Of a stretch of 64,000 bases of DNA, positions 27,541 through 37,451 are shown in pieces. The stretch covers positions 3,609-67,608 of the forward strand of contig CAYWWE010000002.1 in NCBI GenBank assembly GCA_964461785.1. The letters are read 5' to 3'. Below the pieces are notes generated by a model. The model did not search any database. It had not been told where the DNA came from and saw only the letters and a list, made by a program, of their open reading frames with translations. The stretch comes from an uncultured Bacteroides sp. (GTDB lineage Bacteria > Bacteroidota > Bacteroidia > Bacteroidales > Muribaculaceae). The number at the start of each line of letters is the position of its first letter. Position 1 is the stretch's first letter. The position numbers were made by a program, and so were the translations under genes.

Positions 27541-30477
27541 TCAGTCGCCATTGAGCGGGGTGTATTGGGTTGTGCCGGTGCTTGAAAGCCATTGGTCGAA
27601 GTCCATGTGAGTCATGAGCACCTTGCGCGGTTTGCCACCCTGCGCGGGGCCTACAACTCCGGCCCTTTCGAGCTGATCCATGATCTTTCCGGCTCGCGGA
27701 TATCCTATTTCAAACCTGCGCTGCAGGAGGGTGGTGGAGCCGACATTCTGATCGAGAACCTCGCGTGCGGCCGCCTCGAAGAGCGGATCGCGATCAACTG
27801 ATACACCGTTGCGTCCGGCATCGCCGCCTTCGGCAGTCGGGGGCACATATTCGGGTAATTCGTAGGCCATTGGAAATCCTGCCTGCCGCCCTATGGCGTC
27901 GCATATAGCCTCAACCTCGTGGGTGTCGATAAAGGCGCATTGCACGCGCTCAACGATGCCGTCGCGGGAGAAAAGCATATCGCCGCGGCCTATGAGCTGA
28001 TTGGCACCCGGACGGTCGAGAATGATGCGGCTCTCGAGCTGCTGGGTCACGCGGAATGCAATGCGGCCCGGGAAGTTGGCTCGGATCACGCCGGTGATGA
28101 TATTTGCCGACGGGCGCTGTGTGGCAAGAATCACATGGATGCCCACGGCGCGGGCTTTCTGTGCTATGCGGGCTATCGGGGTCTCTACCTCTTTGCCGGC
28201 GGTCATGATAAGATCGGCAAACTCATCTATCACCACCACGATGTAGGGGAGATAGCGGTGACCCTGGGTCGGGTTGAGTTTCATGTTGACGATCTTGTCG
28301 TTATATTCCTTGATGGAGCGCACATTGGCTTTCTTGAGCAGCTCATAGCGATTGTCCATCTCGATACATAGCGAGAGCAGCGTGGGCACCACCTTGTCGG
28401 TGTTGGTTATGATCGGCTCGTCTTCGCCGGGCAGCTTGGCAAGGTAGTGGCGCTCGATCTTGTTGTAGAGCGAGAACTCGACCATCTTGGGGTCGATAAG
28501 GACGAATTTGACTTCGGCCGGATGTTTCTTGTATAGGATCGACGCTATGATGGTGTTGAGGCCCACCGACTTACCCATACCGGTTGAGCCGGCAACGAGA
28601 AGGTGAGGCATTTTGGTCAGATCGGCTATATAGACATCGTTGGAGATGGTAGCTCCCATGGCCATCGGGAGCTCGGCAGTGCTTTCCTGATATTTCTTAG
28701 ACGCAAGGATGGAGCGGATGGAAACAATCTGGGGCTTCTTGTTGGGCACCTCGATACCGATTGTTCCCTTTCCCGGCATCGGGGCTATGATGCGGATGCC
28801 GAGGGCTGAGAGAGAGAGGGCAATGTCGTCTTCGAGCGAGCGGATCTTGTTGATCCTGATTCCCTCGGCCGGGACGATTTCGTAGAGGGTGACGGTCGGT
28901 CCGACGACGGCCTCGATCCTGGCTATCTCGATACCGAAGTTTGACAATACGCGGCGTATGTTGTTGATATTCTCGGTCTGCTCCTGTTCGTTACGCTCGG
29001 ATGCCGACACCGGGTGATCATCAAGAAGATCAAGCGAGGGCTTGCGGAAAAGGGAAAGCTCGGCAGTGGGATCGAAGAAATTCTGCGATGATGCGGTGTC
29101 GGAAGCCTGTTCGATCGGGGCCGCATCGGTAATGGTGTCGACAGGCTGTCCGGGAGCGGTTTCCTCGGCCGGGGTAGGCTCTTCGTCGGGAGTTGTGTGG
29201 CCGGGGAAAGGAGTGATTTCCGTCGGTTCGGGAACGGCAGGCTCGATAACCGGGGCGGTAGATATGACTATATTTCCCGAATCTATGGTGAGGGGTTGGA
29301 GATGATCGGGGTCAGAGAGGGGAGTGGGTTCTTCGAGCACTTCGAGAGGATCGGGCTGATCAGGTTCGGCATGAGGGTCAAACGCGAGGGGTTCGGGCTC
29401 TGGCTCGGGTGACGTTTCATCCTGGGTCTCCTCAACCAGTATTTCGGGGGTGAAGTCGGAGTCAGGGCGGAACTCAGAGTCGGGAGCTCCATCCTCGGGT
29501 CCGGTGTCGGAGTTGGCCGGAGGCTCCTGCTCGGCAGCTTGCCGTGCAGCCTGTTCAGCTGCCAGCTGGGCGGCTTCCTCTGCGGCCTGACGCTTGGCGG
29601 CGATAGCGTCGCGTCGACGTTTGATCATTCTCGAAATGGAGGCTCCGATGTCTGTGATCTGCTTAAGGAATATCATTGCGACAGATGCTACGAGGATGAC
29701 GCTCACACCGATCATGCCCCATATCCCTGTGGTCTGCTTCAGGAGCATATTGATGTCGTGGCCGTGCCTGCCACCCCAATAGAATGTCGTAGTCATATTG
29801 AATGTTATCATGCCTACAACAATCGAGAGGGCAATCATCGAGAGAAGTGATTTGGCCGTGGTGCTCCAGAATCGGCAATGTATGAGCCCTACAAGAGAGA
29901 GCCCGAGCAGACATAAATAATAGGGGATGACTAATGCGCCGAGACCCAGACCGTTGGAAATCAGGGTTTCCGACAACCATGCTCCGAGAGGGCCTGCCGT
30001 GTTGACAACATTGTCGGTTGCGGCAATGGCTCCGTTGAGGCCACCCGTATGAAGGATACTCTGATCGGCGGCTCCCGCTGTGGCGAAGAAGCTGATAAAC
30101 GACACGATCATATAGATGGCAGCGACAAGACACACTATGCCTGTGAAGATAGCCGGACGCTTGTCGGCTTTGAGTCTGGTAAAGAATCCCGGGCCCTTGA
30201 CTTTAGGAACGGTGGGGGCTTTCTTTCTAACTGCTGGCTCGGGCGTGGGCCGCGATTGGGTGGCGTGGGGCTGCTGGTGCTGAGGCTCAGAGTGACTGGC
30301 TTTGAAAGCATCGGGTGCAACGGATACCGGTGGAGCAGCCGGAGCGGGTTCGGCTGCCGGAGCAGGTGCCGGATCAACCATAGCGCGCCGACGCTGTCGC
30401 CGGGGGCGCGAAGGCAGTTCTTCCGATTCAAACGGGGTGTTGGACGAGGTGTCTCGATCCTGATATATTCGATCCAT
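27541..30477 (-). CDS. ftsK: DNA translocase FtsK
   Basis: 4TM N-terminus, Pro/Glu-rich linker, AGSTGMGKS, IDEFAD, ATQRP, gamma domain IGYPRAGKI. Confidence 0.98.
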   Translation of the reverse strand: MDRIYQDRDTSSNTPFESEELPSRPRRQRRRAMVDPAPAPAAEPAPAAPPVSVAPDAFKASHSEPQHQQPHATQSRPTPEPAVRKKAPTVPKVKGPGFFTRLKADKRPAIFTGIVCLVAAIYMIVSFISFFATAGAADQSILHTGGLNGAIAATDNVVNTAGPLGAWLSETLISNGLGLGALVIPYYLCLLGLSLVGLIHCRFWSTTAKSLLSMIALSIVVGMITFNMTTTFYWGGRHGHDINMLLKQTTGIWGMIGVSVILVASVAMIFLKQITDIGASISRMIKRRRDAIAAKRQAAEEAAQLAAEQAARQAAEQEPPANSDTGPEDGAPDSEFRPDSDFTPEILVEETQDETSPEPEPEPLAFDPHAEPDQPDPLEVLEEPTPLSDPDHLQPLTIDSGNIVISTAPVIEPAVPEPTEITPFPGHTTPDEEPTPAEETAPGQPVDTITDAAPIEQASDTASSQNFFDPTAELSLFRKPSLDLLDDHPVSASERNEQEQTENINNIRRVLSNFGIEIARIEAVVGPTVTLYEIVPAEGIRINKIRSLEDDIALSLSALGIRIIAPMPGKGTIGIEVPNKKPQIVSIRSILASKKYQESTAELPMAMGATISNDVYIADLTKMPHLLVAGSTGMGKSVGLNTIIASILYKKHPAEVKFVLIDPKMVEFSLYNKIERHYLAKLPGEDEPIITNTDKVVPTLLSLCIEMDNRYELLKKANVRSIKEYNDKIVNMKLNPTQGHRYLPYIVVVIDEFADLIMTAGKEVETPIARIAQKARAVGIHVILATQRPSANIITGVIRANFPGRIAFRVTQQLESRIILDRPGANQLIGRGDMLFSRDGIVERVQCAFIDTHEVEAICDAIGRQAGFPMAYELPEYVPPTAEGGDAGRNGVSVDRDPLFEAAAREVLDQNVGSTTLLQRRFEIGYPRAGKIMDQLERAGVVGPAQGGKPRKVLMTHMDFDQWLSSTGTTQYTPLNGD

Positions 30478-30511
30478 TAAGTGATGTGCAGAAGGATAAA
30501 TGATAAGGTTG

Positions 30512-30519
30512 CAAAATTA
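30512..30519 (-). promoter_or_regulatory. -7 promoter element of ftsK
   Basis: TAATTTTG on minus strand. Confidence 0.6.
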
Positions 30520-30570
30520 CAAAAAAACGGCTGAACAGTAGCGGCTGGTTTCTCAAAAATATATAAAAAT

Positions 30571-30600
30571 CAGCGTCGGAAAAATGGAAGTCCGACGCTG
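30571..30600 (-). terminator. Terminator after rpe
   Basis: cagcgtcgga...tccgacgctg 10-bp stem followed by attttt on minus strand. Confidence 0.8.
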
Positions 30601-30630
30601 ACGTGTATGATGTAGAACGCAGGGCGAGGA

Positions 30631-31278
30631 TCAGAGGGCCGCCAGTCCGGCTATGGCTTCTTTCGGATCTGGGGCCGAGAAGACATAATTGCCGGCTACA
30701 AGGATGTCGGCACCGGCCTCGACGAGCGACTTACCGGTCTCGAGATTGACGCCTCCGTCCACTTCGATGAGAGCTTTGGAGGAGGAGTTGGCGATCATCT
30801 TGCGCAGACGCGCAGTGCGGTCGATGGCACGGTGGATGAATTTCTGACCGCCGAATCCGGGATTGACGCTCATTATCAATACCATATCGAGCTCGTCAAG
30901 AATGTCGGACAGAAGCTCAACAGGGGTAGCCGGATTTACAGTGACGCCGGCTTTCATTCCGGCCTGATGGATGTGTTGCACGACGCGGTCGAGATGAGTG
31001 CACGCTTCGTAGTGGACATTCATGATCTCGGCGCCGCAGTCGCGGACCTGATTGACATACCTGTCGGGATCAACTATCATGAGATGGACATCCAGGGGCT
31101 TTGCGGCGATCTTGCTTATTGCCTTGATGACAGGAAAGCCAAAGGAGATGTTGGGAACAAACACACCGTCCATCACATCGAGATGGATCATTGATGCTTC
31201 GGAGGCGTTGAGCATCTCCAGATCGCGGTGAAGATGGCAGAAGTCGGCGCTCAGGAGCGAGGGTGAGACTTGGGTCAT
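30631..31278 (-). CDS. rpe: Ribulose-phosphate 3-epimerase
   Basis: SPSLLSADF, HLDVMDG, MSVNPGFGGQ, EVDGG. Confidence 0.98.
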   Translation of the reverse strand: MTQVSPSLLSADFCHLHRDLEMLNASEASMIHLDVMDGVFVPNISFGFPVIKAISKIAAKPLDVHLMIVDPDRYVNQVRDCGAEIMNVHYEACTHLDRVVQHIHQAGMKAGVTVNPATPVELLSDILDELDMVLIMSVNPGFGGQKFIHRAIDRTARLRKMIANSSSKALIEVDGGVNLETGKSLVEAGADILVAGNYVFSAPDPKEAIAGLAAL

Positions 31279-31288
31279 TTGGTGGTGA

Positions 31289-32002
31289 TTATGATTGGGT
31301 ACGCCTGGGTCGGAAGGCGTTGAAAAGAATTATTGCGAGACATACCAGTCCGATTGCCAGACCGATGTATGTGAGGTAGCTGTTGTATTTCTCAACCTGA
31401 ACAAACAGATCGTCGATAGAGACATGAAGGCCGAGCCAGTAGCCCAATCCGGCAAGGACACCATTCCACAAACAGGCACCGAGAGCAGTGTAGAGGCAGA
31501 ATTTTCCGATGTTCATGCGGGCGAGACCGGCCGGAATGGATATGAGCTGGCGCACTGCGGGAATGAGACGGCCTACGAATGTTGACACTGCACCGTGCTT
31601 GTCAAAATATGCTTCGGCTTTGTCTACTTTAGCCCGGTCTATGAGACATGCGTGGCCTATCCTGGAGTCGGCAAAGCGATAGACGAGCGGCCGGCCGATC
31701 CACACTGACAGCCAGTAGTTGATGAGCGCTCCGACGAGCGCTCCGGCAGTGGCGACCAAGATGATGATCCATACGTTCATATCGGCCACGGCTATGGAGT
31801 GTCCCTGATATGTCAGGGTCCTGACGCTCTGAGAGGCAAGGAAAGCGGCGGGGGGCACGACAACTTCACTCGGGAAGGGGATAAAAGAGCTTTCCACCAC
31901 CATCAGCAGAAAAACCATGAGATAGGAAGCGTTTTCAACCACCCATTGGAAGATGGCAGAGGCATCAAGGCCGGCAAAGAGGGTAATGAGACAGTCGGTC
32001 AT
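31289..32002 (-). CDS. DedA family membrane protein
   Basis: ESSFIPFPSEVV, GRLIPAVRQLISIPAG. Confidence 0.95.
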   Translation of the reverse strand: MTDCLITLFAGLDASAIFQWVVENASYLMVFLLMVVESSFIPFPSEVVVPPAAFLASQSVRTLTYQGHSIAVADMNVWIIILVATAGALVGALINYWLSVWIGRPLVYRFADSRIGHACLIDRAKVDKAEAYFDKHGAVSTFVGRLIPAVRQLISIPAGLARMNIGKFCLYTALGACLWNGVLAGLGYWLGLHVSIDDLFVQVEKYNSYLTYIGLAIGLVCLAIILFNAFRPRRTQS

Positions 32003-32027
32003 GAAGTCGGGCTAAGAGTTATGCGGT

Positions 32028-32714
32028 TCAGAGTAAGTCGATGGATTGAAAAAGGGATTTGTAGGCCTCGGCCTTGCGAGCGAGGGGCAGAGGATAAGCG
32101 CGCGACGTCGATGGCATCCGCCACAACCGGATTGGGCGGCCATGAGAGTTGAGGAGATCCGCGGCCTCCACAGAGTTGCCGATAGCGGGAACGGCGGTAG
32201 AGGTGAGGCCGGCAATCACTTCGGCGGCAAGGGTGCCGGTCGTTGCGATAGCGCGGCATTCGGGCATCAGCGGAAGCATAGCCTGAAGATCTACTGCCTC
32301 AACAATCTGGAGATAAGCGTCGGAGGCATTGTTGCGGAGGCGTTTTACCTTACGCCCGGTGTCGCTCAGTGCTATCCCTCGCTCTGTGAGGAATGAGGTG
32401 ATATCGTCAAGACGGAATGTCTTGGAGAGATTGTCGTAGAATCTGTCGGGATTGTTGTAGAATACCAGTCCCATCACCCTCCAGAAGTCGTTTATCCGGT
32501 TGGGATAGTAAAATGGCATTGACCATCGCTCAGGCGACGGCGGGAAAGTACCCATAATCAGCACCCGGGTGCGGTCGGGAATGAAAGGCTGCCAGGGATG
32601 CGACTCTACAGGGATGGAATCGGGGGCGAAAGATACGTTGCTTTTCATATCCGTATAACGGCCTTGCAGGGCGTATTGTTGAGCGTCGGAGCTGGAATGG
32701 GTATAAAAGTACAC
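32028..32714 (-). CDS. Uracil-DNA glycosylase-like family protein
   Basis: LIMGTFPP, FYYPN...NDFW, MPSTS. Confidence 0.85.
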   Translation of the reverse strand: MYFYTHSSSDAQQYALQGRYTDMKSNVSFAPDSIPVESHPWQPFIPDRTRVLIMGTFPPSPERWSMPFYYPNRINDFWRVMGLVFYNNPDRFYDNLSKTFRLDDITSFLTERGIALSDTGRKVKRLRNNASDAYLQIVEAVDLQAMLPLMPECRAIATTGTLAAEVIAGLTSTAVPAIGNSVEAADLLNSHGRPIRLWRMPSTSRAYPLPLARKAEAYKSLFQSIDLL

Positions 32715-32761
32715 TCCCCCGTCTGGCGAAATGCCTGACGAGGGAGCGAATGGGATCGGGA

Positions 32762-33328
32762 TTACTGTTTGATGCGCTCAACGTAGCTTCCGTCGCGGGT
32801 ATCGACGCGGATCTTGTCGCCGATATTGATGAAGAGAGGCACGCGGACTTCGGCACCTGTCTCGACGGTGGCGGGCTTGAGGGTGTTTGTGGCGGTGTCG
32901 CCCTTGATGCCGGGTTCGGTGTAGGTCACTTCGAGAACAACAGAAGTGGGCATCTCGCAGGTGAGTATGGTATCGGTAGCGGCATGTACCTGAGCCTCGC
33001 AGATGTCACCTTCCTTCAGGAACTGTACACCCTCGATGCTTTCGCCGGGGATCGCAACCTGTTCGAATGTCTCGGTGTGCATGAAGTTGTAGCCCATGTC
33101 GTCCTTGTAGAGATACTGGTAGGGACGACGCTCGATGCGTACTTCCTCCACTTTCACGCCGGAGTTCCAGGTCTTGTCGAGAATACGACCGGTCTTGACG
33201 TTTTTGAGCTTGGTGCGGACGAAGGCAGGGCCTTTGCCGGGCTTAACGTGGAGGAACTCCACGATGAAGTAGTATTGGCCGTCGATATCGAGGCACATAC
33301 CGTTCTTGAAGTCTGCAGTTGTTGCCAT
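32762..33328 (-). CDS. efp: Elongation factor P
   Basis: KPGKG, PGIKGDT, VPLFI. Confidence 0.99.
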   Translation of the reverse strand: MATTADFKNGMCLDIDGQYYFIVEFLHVKPGKGPAFVRTKLKNVKTGRILDKTWNSGVKVEEVRIERRPYQYLYKDDMGYNFMHTETFEQVAIPGESIEGVQFLKEGDICEAQVHAATDTILTCEMPTSVVLEVTYTEPGIKGDTATNTLKPATVETGAEVRVPLFINIGDKIRVDTRDGSYVERIKQ

Positions 33329-33369
33329 ATATTTTGTTAAGTCTGTTATTCGTTTTGTTATCGGGTCTG

Positions 33370-33377
33370 CAAAGTTA
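33370..33377 (-). promoter_or_regulatory. -7 promoter element of efp
   Basis: TAACTTTG on minus strand. Confidence 0.6.
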
Positions 33378-33433
33378 GTAATAATCCTGCAATATTTTCA
33401 GTTATGGGCGGAAAAAAGAGCCGCACGCCGGAT

Positions 33434-34615
33434 TTACTTGCATGTAAAGGTAAGATGGCTCTGGGCGCGGTCGGCTTTGGCGCGGGCGTCTTCGATATCT
33501 TTGCCGGTTGCCAGGACAACAGCCATGCGGCGATGACCCTTGACCTCCGGTTTGCCGAAGATGCGCATAGCTGTTCCGGGCTCTTCGAGGGCTTTTTCTA
33601 TCCCGTCGATTATCATCTCGCGGGTGTCGCCTTCCACCACCACTGCGTGGGAGGCCGATGGCCCGTAGAAACGGATCTCGGGCACAGGAAGTCCGAGCAC
33701 TGCGCGGGCATGGAGTGCAAACTCGCTGAGATCCTGAGAGATCATCGTCACCATACCGGTGTCGTGAGGGCGGGGAGATACTTCGCTGAAGATGACCTCG
33801 TCGCCCTTGACAAAAAGCTCTACGCCGAAAATGCCGTAGCCTCCGAGGGCGTCGGTGATAGAACGTGCAATCGAGCGGGCGCTCTCTTTCGCCTTGTCGG
33901 TCATGGGCTGCGGCTGCCAGCTCTGGCGATAGTCGCCGTTTACCTGATGATGGCCTACGGGCTCGCAAAACTTTGTCCCGCTGACGGAGCGCACTGTAAG
34001 CATGGTGATCTCATAGTCGAAGTCAATGAATCCTTCTACGATCACTCTGCCGGCGCCGGCACGGCCACCCTCCTGAGCTTCATGCCAGGCAGCATCTATA
34101 TCAGCCTCAGATCGCACTACGCTCTGGCCATGTCCGCTTGAGCTCATGACCGGTTTTACCACACAAGGGAAGCCAATCTCCCTGACAGCCGAGACAAATT
34201 CTTCCTTGTCGGATGCGAAGAGGTAGGGCGATGTCGGGAGTCCGAGCTCTTCGGCTGCCAGACGGCGTATGCCCTCGCGATTCATCGTGAGGAATGTGGC
34301 GCGGGCGGTGGGGGTGACATTGTAGCCTTCCTTTTCAAGCTCGACGAGGGCAGAGGTGGCGATGGCCTCGACTTCGGGTATTATGTGATCCGGGTGTTCA
34401 AGCTCAATGACATGTCTGAGCTCATCGGGATCAAGCATATTGATGACGTAGCTGCGATGGGCAACTTGCATGGCCGGAGCGCCGGGATAACGGTCTACGG
34501 CGATTACTTCAACACCATAGCGCTGAAGCTCTATCGCAACCTCCTTGCCGAGCTCTCCGCTGCCAAGCAGAAGAGCCTTCACGGCCGAGGGAGTGGCGGG
34601 TGTTCCGATTTTCAT
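33434..34615 (-). CDS. purT: Formate-dependent phosphoribosylglycinamide formyltransferase
   Basis: [38 protein letters not shown]. Confidence 0.98.
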   Translation of the reverse strand: MKIGTPATPSAVKALLLGSGELGKEVAIELQRYGVEVIAVDRYPGAPAMQVAHRSYVINMLDPDELRHVIELEHPDHIIPEVEAIATSALVELEKEGYNVTPTARATFLTMNREGIRRLAAEELGLPTSPYLFASDKEEFVSAVREIGFPCVVKPVMSSSGHGQSVVRSEADIDAAWHEAQEGGRAGAGRVIVEGFIDFDYEITMLTVRSVSGTKFCEPVGHHQVNGDYRQSWQPQPMTDKAKESARSIARSITDALGGYGIFGVELFVKGDEVIFSEVSPRPHDTGMVTMISQDLSEFALHARAVLGLPVPEIRFYGPSASHAVVVEGDTREMIIDGIEKALEEPGTAMRIFGKPEVKGHRRMAVVLATGKDIEDARAKADRAQSHLTFTCK

Positions 34616-34832
34616 ATTACTTAGGTGATGGCACCCCTGACGGTGCGCTGTGTTTATCTGTTTCGGGCTGCAAAGTTAGCTATTATCCCTGATATAGCCA
34701 AGGGGAGCCGGTCGGACTGAAAAAAGCTCTTTTCGCCGCGTTCATGATTGCGTCGGATTTAATGACTAATCCGATTATTTAGTATATTTGCAAAGTATTA
34801 GTGGGGGCCAAGAGCCTCCGGCCTGATTAGAA

Positions 34833-35765
34833 ATGGAAATTGCAGAGGTAGACGGTAAAGACTACGGCAAGATTTTCAGCCGCCCGACGGTAGTCTATAA
34901 CTCGGTATCCTTCACCACTCTGAATGAATATAAGGTGGAGGAGGTGAGACGTATGATAATTTCTGAAGGCGGGAAGCCGCGTTTCGGCCTCACGGTAGGC
35001 CTGCGTAGCGACGGCAGCTTTGCAGCTCCGTTTTCGGCTCCTTTTGCCTGCTTCGATCTCAACCGTCATCAGAGTGCTCCGACAGTTGTCAGGGCCGTGG
35101 AGTCGTTGAGCCGAAAGTTTACCGATCTGACCATTATCCTGCCTCCGTCATTTTATTCTCCGGATCTGATATCCAAGATGGAGTTGGCGCTGATTCAGAC
35201 CGGGAGCCGGCTGTGTCATGCCGATTGGAATTGCCATATCGACCTTACACAGTTTGACGATTATAAGCAGATACTGCCTTCGTATGAGCGGAATCTGCTC
35301 GGGAGGGCCAGGCAGGAGGGCTTCGGGTTGGTGAATGTCAACGATGATCCGGCGCGGGCATACGCTGTCGTGGTAAAGAACCACCTCCACAAAGGCTACC
35401 CTGTAAGGATGACTCTCGAGCAACTGACCGCTACAGCGTCCGGACCGTCGCGTGTTGTCGATGGATATTTCTTCGTGCTGACAAACGGTCGTGAGGATGT
35501 TGCGTCGGCTATTGTCTATGATGTGACTCCCGATATAGTGCAGGTGATCTACTGGGGCGATGTGCCAGGCACGTCTTGCCGCTATCCAATGAATCTCCTT
35601 GCCTACTGTCTGGTCGATTTTTTCAAGCAGGCCGGTAAAAGGATTCTTGATATCGGGCCATCTTCCGAGTCAGGCCAATTATCAGAGGGGCTGTGCTCAT
35701 TTAAGGAGAGAATCGGATGCTCCGTCTCCCCTAAGTTTACCTTTCAACTCGGGAGGAGGATTTAA
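34833..35765 (+). CDS. GNAT/FemAB-like acyltransferase
   Basis: APFSAPF, VQVIYWG, YPMNLLAY, LDIGPSS, GLCSFKERIG. Confidence 0.7.
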   Translation: MEIAEVDGKDYGKIFSRPTVVYNSVSFTTLNEYKVEEVRRMIISEGGKPRFGLTVGLRSDGSFAAPFSAPFACFDLNRHQSAPTVVRAVESLSRKFTDLTIILPPSFYSPDLISKMELALIQTGSRLCHADWNCHIDLTQFDDYKQILPSYERNLLGRARQEGFGLVNVNDDPARAYAVVVKNHLHKGYPVRMTLEQLTATASGPSRVVDGYFFVLTNGREDVASAIVYDVTPDIVQVIYWGDVPGTSCRYPMNLLAYCLVDFFKQAGKRILDIGPSSESGQLSEGLCSFKERIGCSVSPKFTFQLGRRI

Positions 35766-35879
35766 TTTTTTTTGAAAAAATAGGGCGGCAGATTGCCTGC
35801 GAGTGGAAATGTATAAGTATTTTTGCAGGAAATATGGCTCAGAAACGTTTCAACCAATCATTATAAATCCAATACCGAA

Positions 35880-37043
35880 ATGCTGACGCAGATAATTAAT
35901 GCTAAGATACTCACACCGTCGGGCTGGCTCAACGATGGCTCGGTCCTTATCCGCGATAATAAGATCCTTGAAGTGACCAATTGCGATCTGGCCGTTGTCG
36001 GCGCCGATCTTGTAGATGCCAAAGGAATGTATGTTGTGCCCGGCGGCGTGGAGATCCACTGCCACGGAGGCGGCGGCAGAGACTTCATGGAGGGCACCGA
36101 AGATGCTTTCCGCCAAGCCGTCAAGACACACATGAAGCATGGCACCACCAGTATTTTCCCGACCCTATCGTCATCGTCTGTGCCGATGATCAATGCTGCG
36201 GCCGAGACCTGCACAAAACTGATGGCCGAGCCCAACAGTCCGGTGCTCGGTCTTCATCTCGAGGGCCACTATCTCAACCAGAAGATGGCGGGAGGCCAGA
36301 TGCCTGAATATATCAAGGATCCGGATCCGAAAGAATATATTCCTATCGTGGAGACATGGGACTGCATCAAGCGCTGGGATGCCGCCCCGGAACTTCCGGG
36401 AGCCATGCAGTTCGGCAAATATATCCACAGCAAGGGTATCCTGGCATCAGTGGCACACACTCAGGCTGAATTCGAGGATATTCGCTCGGCATGGGAGGCT
36501 GGCTATACCCACGCCACACACTTCTACAATGCTATGCCCGGCTTCCACAAACGTCGCGAATATAAGTACGAGGGCACTGTTGAAAGCATCTACCTCATCG
36601 ACGATATGACAGTAGAGGTTGTGGCAGACGGCATCCACGTTCCTCCCACCATTCTCCGTCTCGTCTACAAGATCAAGGGCCCGGAACGTGCGTGTGTAGT
36701 GACTGATGCCCTTGCCTGCGCCTGCTCAGAAAATGCCGAGGCTTTTGATCCTCGCGTGATCATTGAAGACGGTGTTTGCAAGCTCTCCGACCGTTCGGCG
36801 CTTGCCGGCAGTGTGGCTACTATGGACCGTCTGATCCGCACACTCGTTCACGGTGCGGAGATCCCTCTTGACGATGCCATTAGGATGGCTTCCGAGACAC
36901 CCGCCAAGATAATGGGTGTCTACGACCGCAAGGGTTCGCTTGCACGTGGCAAAGATGCCGACATACTCATTCTCGACAAGGATCTCAACCTCCGTTCAGT
37001 CTGGGCGATGGGCAAACTGGTTGAAGGCACAAATACCCTCTGA
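35880..37043 (+). CDS. nagA: N-acetylglucosamine-6-phosphate deacetylase
   Basis: PGGVEIHCHG, HLEG, APE, THFYNAM, DGIH, VTDA, LAGS; ATG 35880 after TATTTTTG (35818-35825). Confidence 0.93.
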   Translation: MLTQIINAKILTPSGWLNDGSVLIRDNKILEVTNCDLAVVGADLVDAKGMYVVPGGVEIHCHGGGGRDFMEGTEDAFRQAVKTHMKHGTTSIFPTLSSSSVPMINAAAETCTKLMAEPNSPVLGLHLEGHYLNQKMAGGQMPEYIKDPDPKEYIPIVETWDCIKRWDAAPELPGAMQFGKYIHSKGILASVAHTQAEFEDIRSAWEAGYTHATHFYNAMPGFHKRREYKYEGTVESIYLIDDMTVEVVADGIHVPPTILRLVYKIKGPERACVVTDALACACSENAEAFDPRVIIEDGVCKLSDRSALAGSVATMDRLIRTLVHGAEIPLDDAIRMASETPAKIMGVYDRKGSLARGKDADILILDKDLNLRSVWAMGKLVEGTNTL

Positions 37044-37062
37044 GATCTCCTTTTACTCGAGC

Positions 37063-37116
37063 TTATACACTCTCAGCCCGCTGTAGCTTGATGCACAGCG
37101 GGCTGAGAGTGTATAA
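37063..37116. terminator. Long perfect hairpin after nagA
   Basis: 22-bp perfect inverted repeat ttatacactctcagcccgctgt / acagcgggctgagagtgtataa, 10-nt loop. Confidence 0.6.
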
Positions 37117-37146
37117 CGCAGAAAGCTGCAATTCCCTTTCGGAGGA

Positions 37147-37178
37147 TTTGATCTTCTCAAGAAAATGTGTTAACTTTG
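37147..37178 (+). promoter_or_regulatory. Canonical Bacteroidetes promoter
   Basis: TTTG (37147-37150), 20-nt spacer, TAACTTTG (37171-37178). Confidence 0.8.
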
Positions 37179-37380
37179 CGGCGCAAATCCGATGGAGGAT
37201 TGAGACATATATAAAGTTTAGAGAAACTTTTGTTAACGCTTGATATGCCCATGGCAGAATCAATAATTTATTAACTGTAAGCCATCAGTGTACCCTTACG
37301 CCAAGGCTTATGTTGATAATAACATTGATATTCTGAATGGACAACCGGAGGTACTTCTCCGGCAGCAATAATCAAGTTTT

Positions 37381-37434
37381 GCTGATTGCGACGGTCAAAT
37401 GTCCACGACCGCATGGCAGTCGGCTTTTGTTTTC
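37381..37434 (+). terminator. Leader terminator (attenuator-like) upstream of orphan ORF
   Basis: gctgattgc/gcagtcggc stem plus cggtc/gaccg inner stem, followed by ttttgttttc, 17 nt before ATG 37452. Confidence 0.6.
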
Positions 37435-37451
37435 TTTAAACTTTTAATAAC

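Noticed and set aside
28980-29600. Pro/Glu-rich low-complexity stretch in ftsK as a repeat element
   Set aside because: Ordinary FtsK linker with no exact DNA periodicity.
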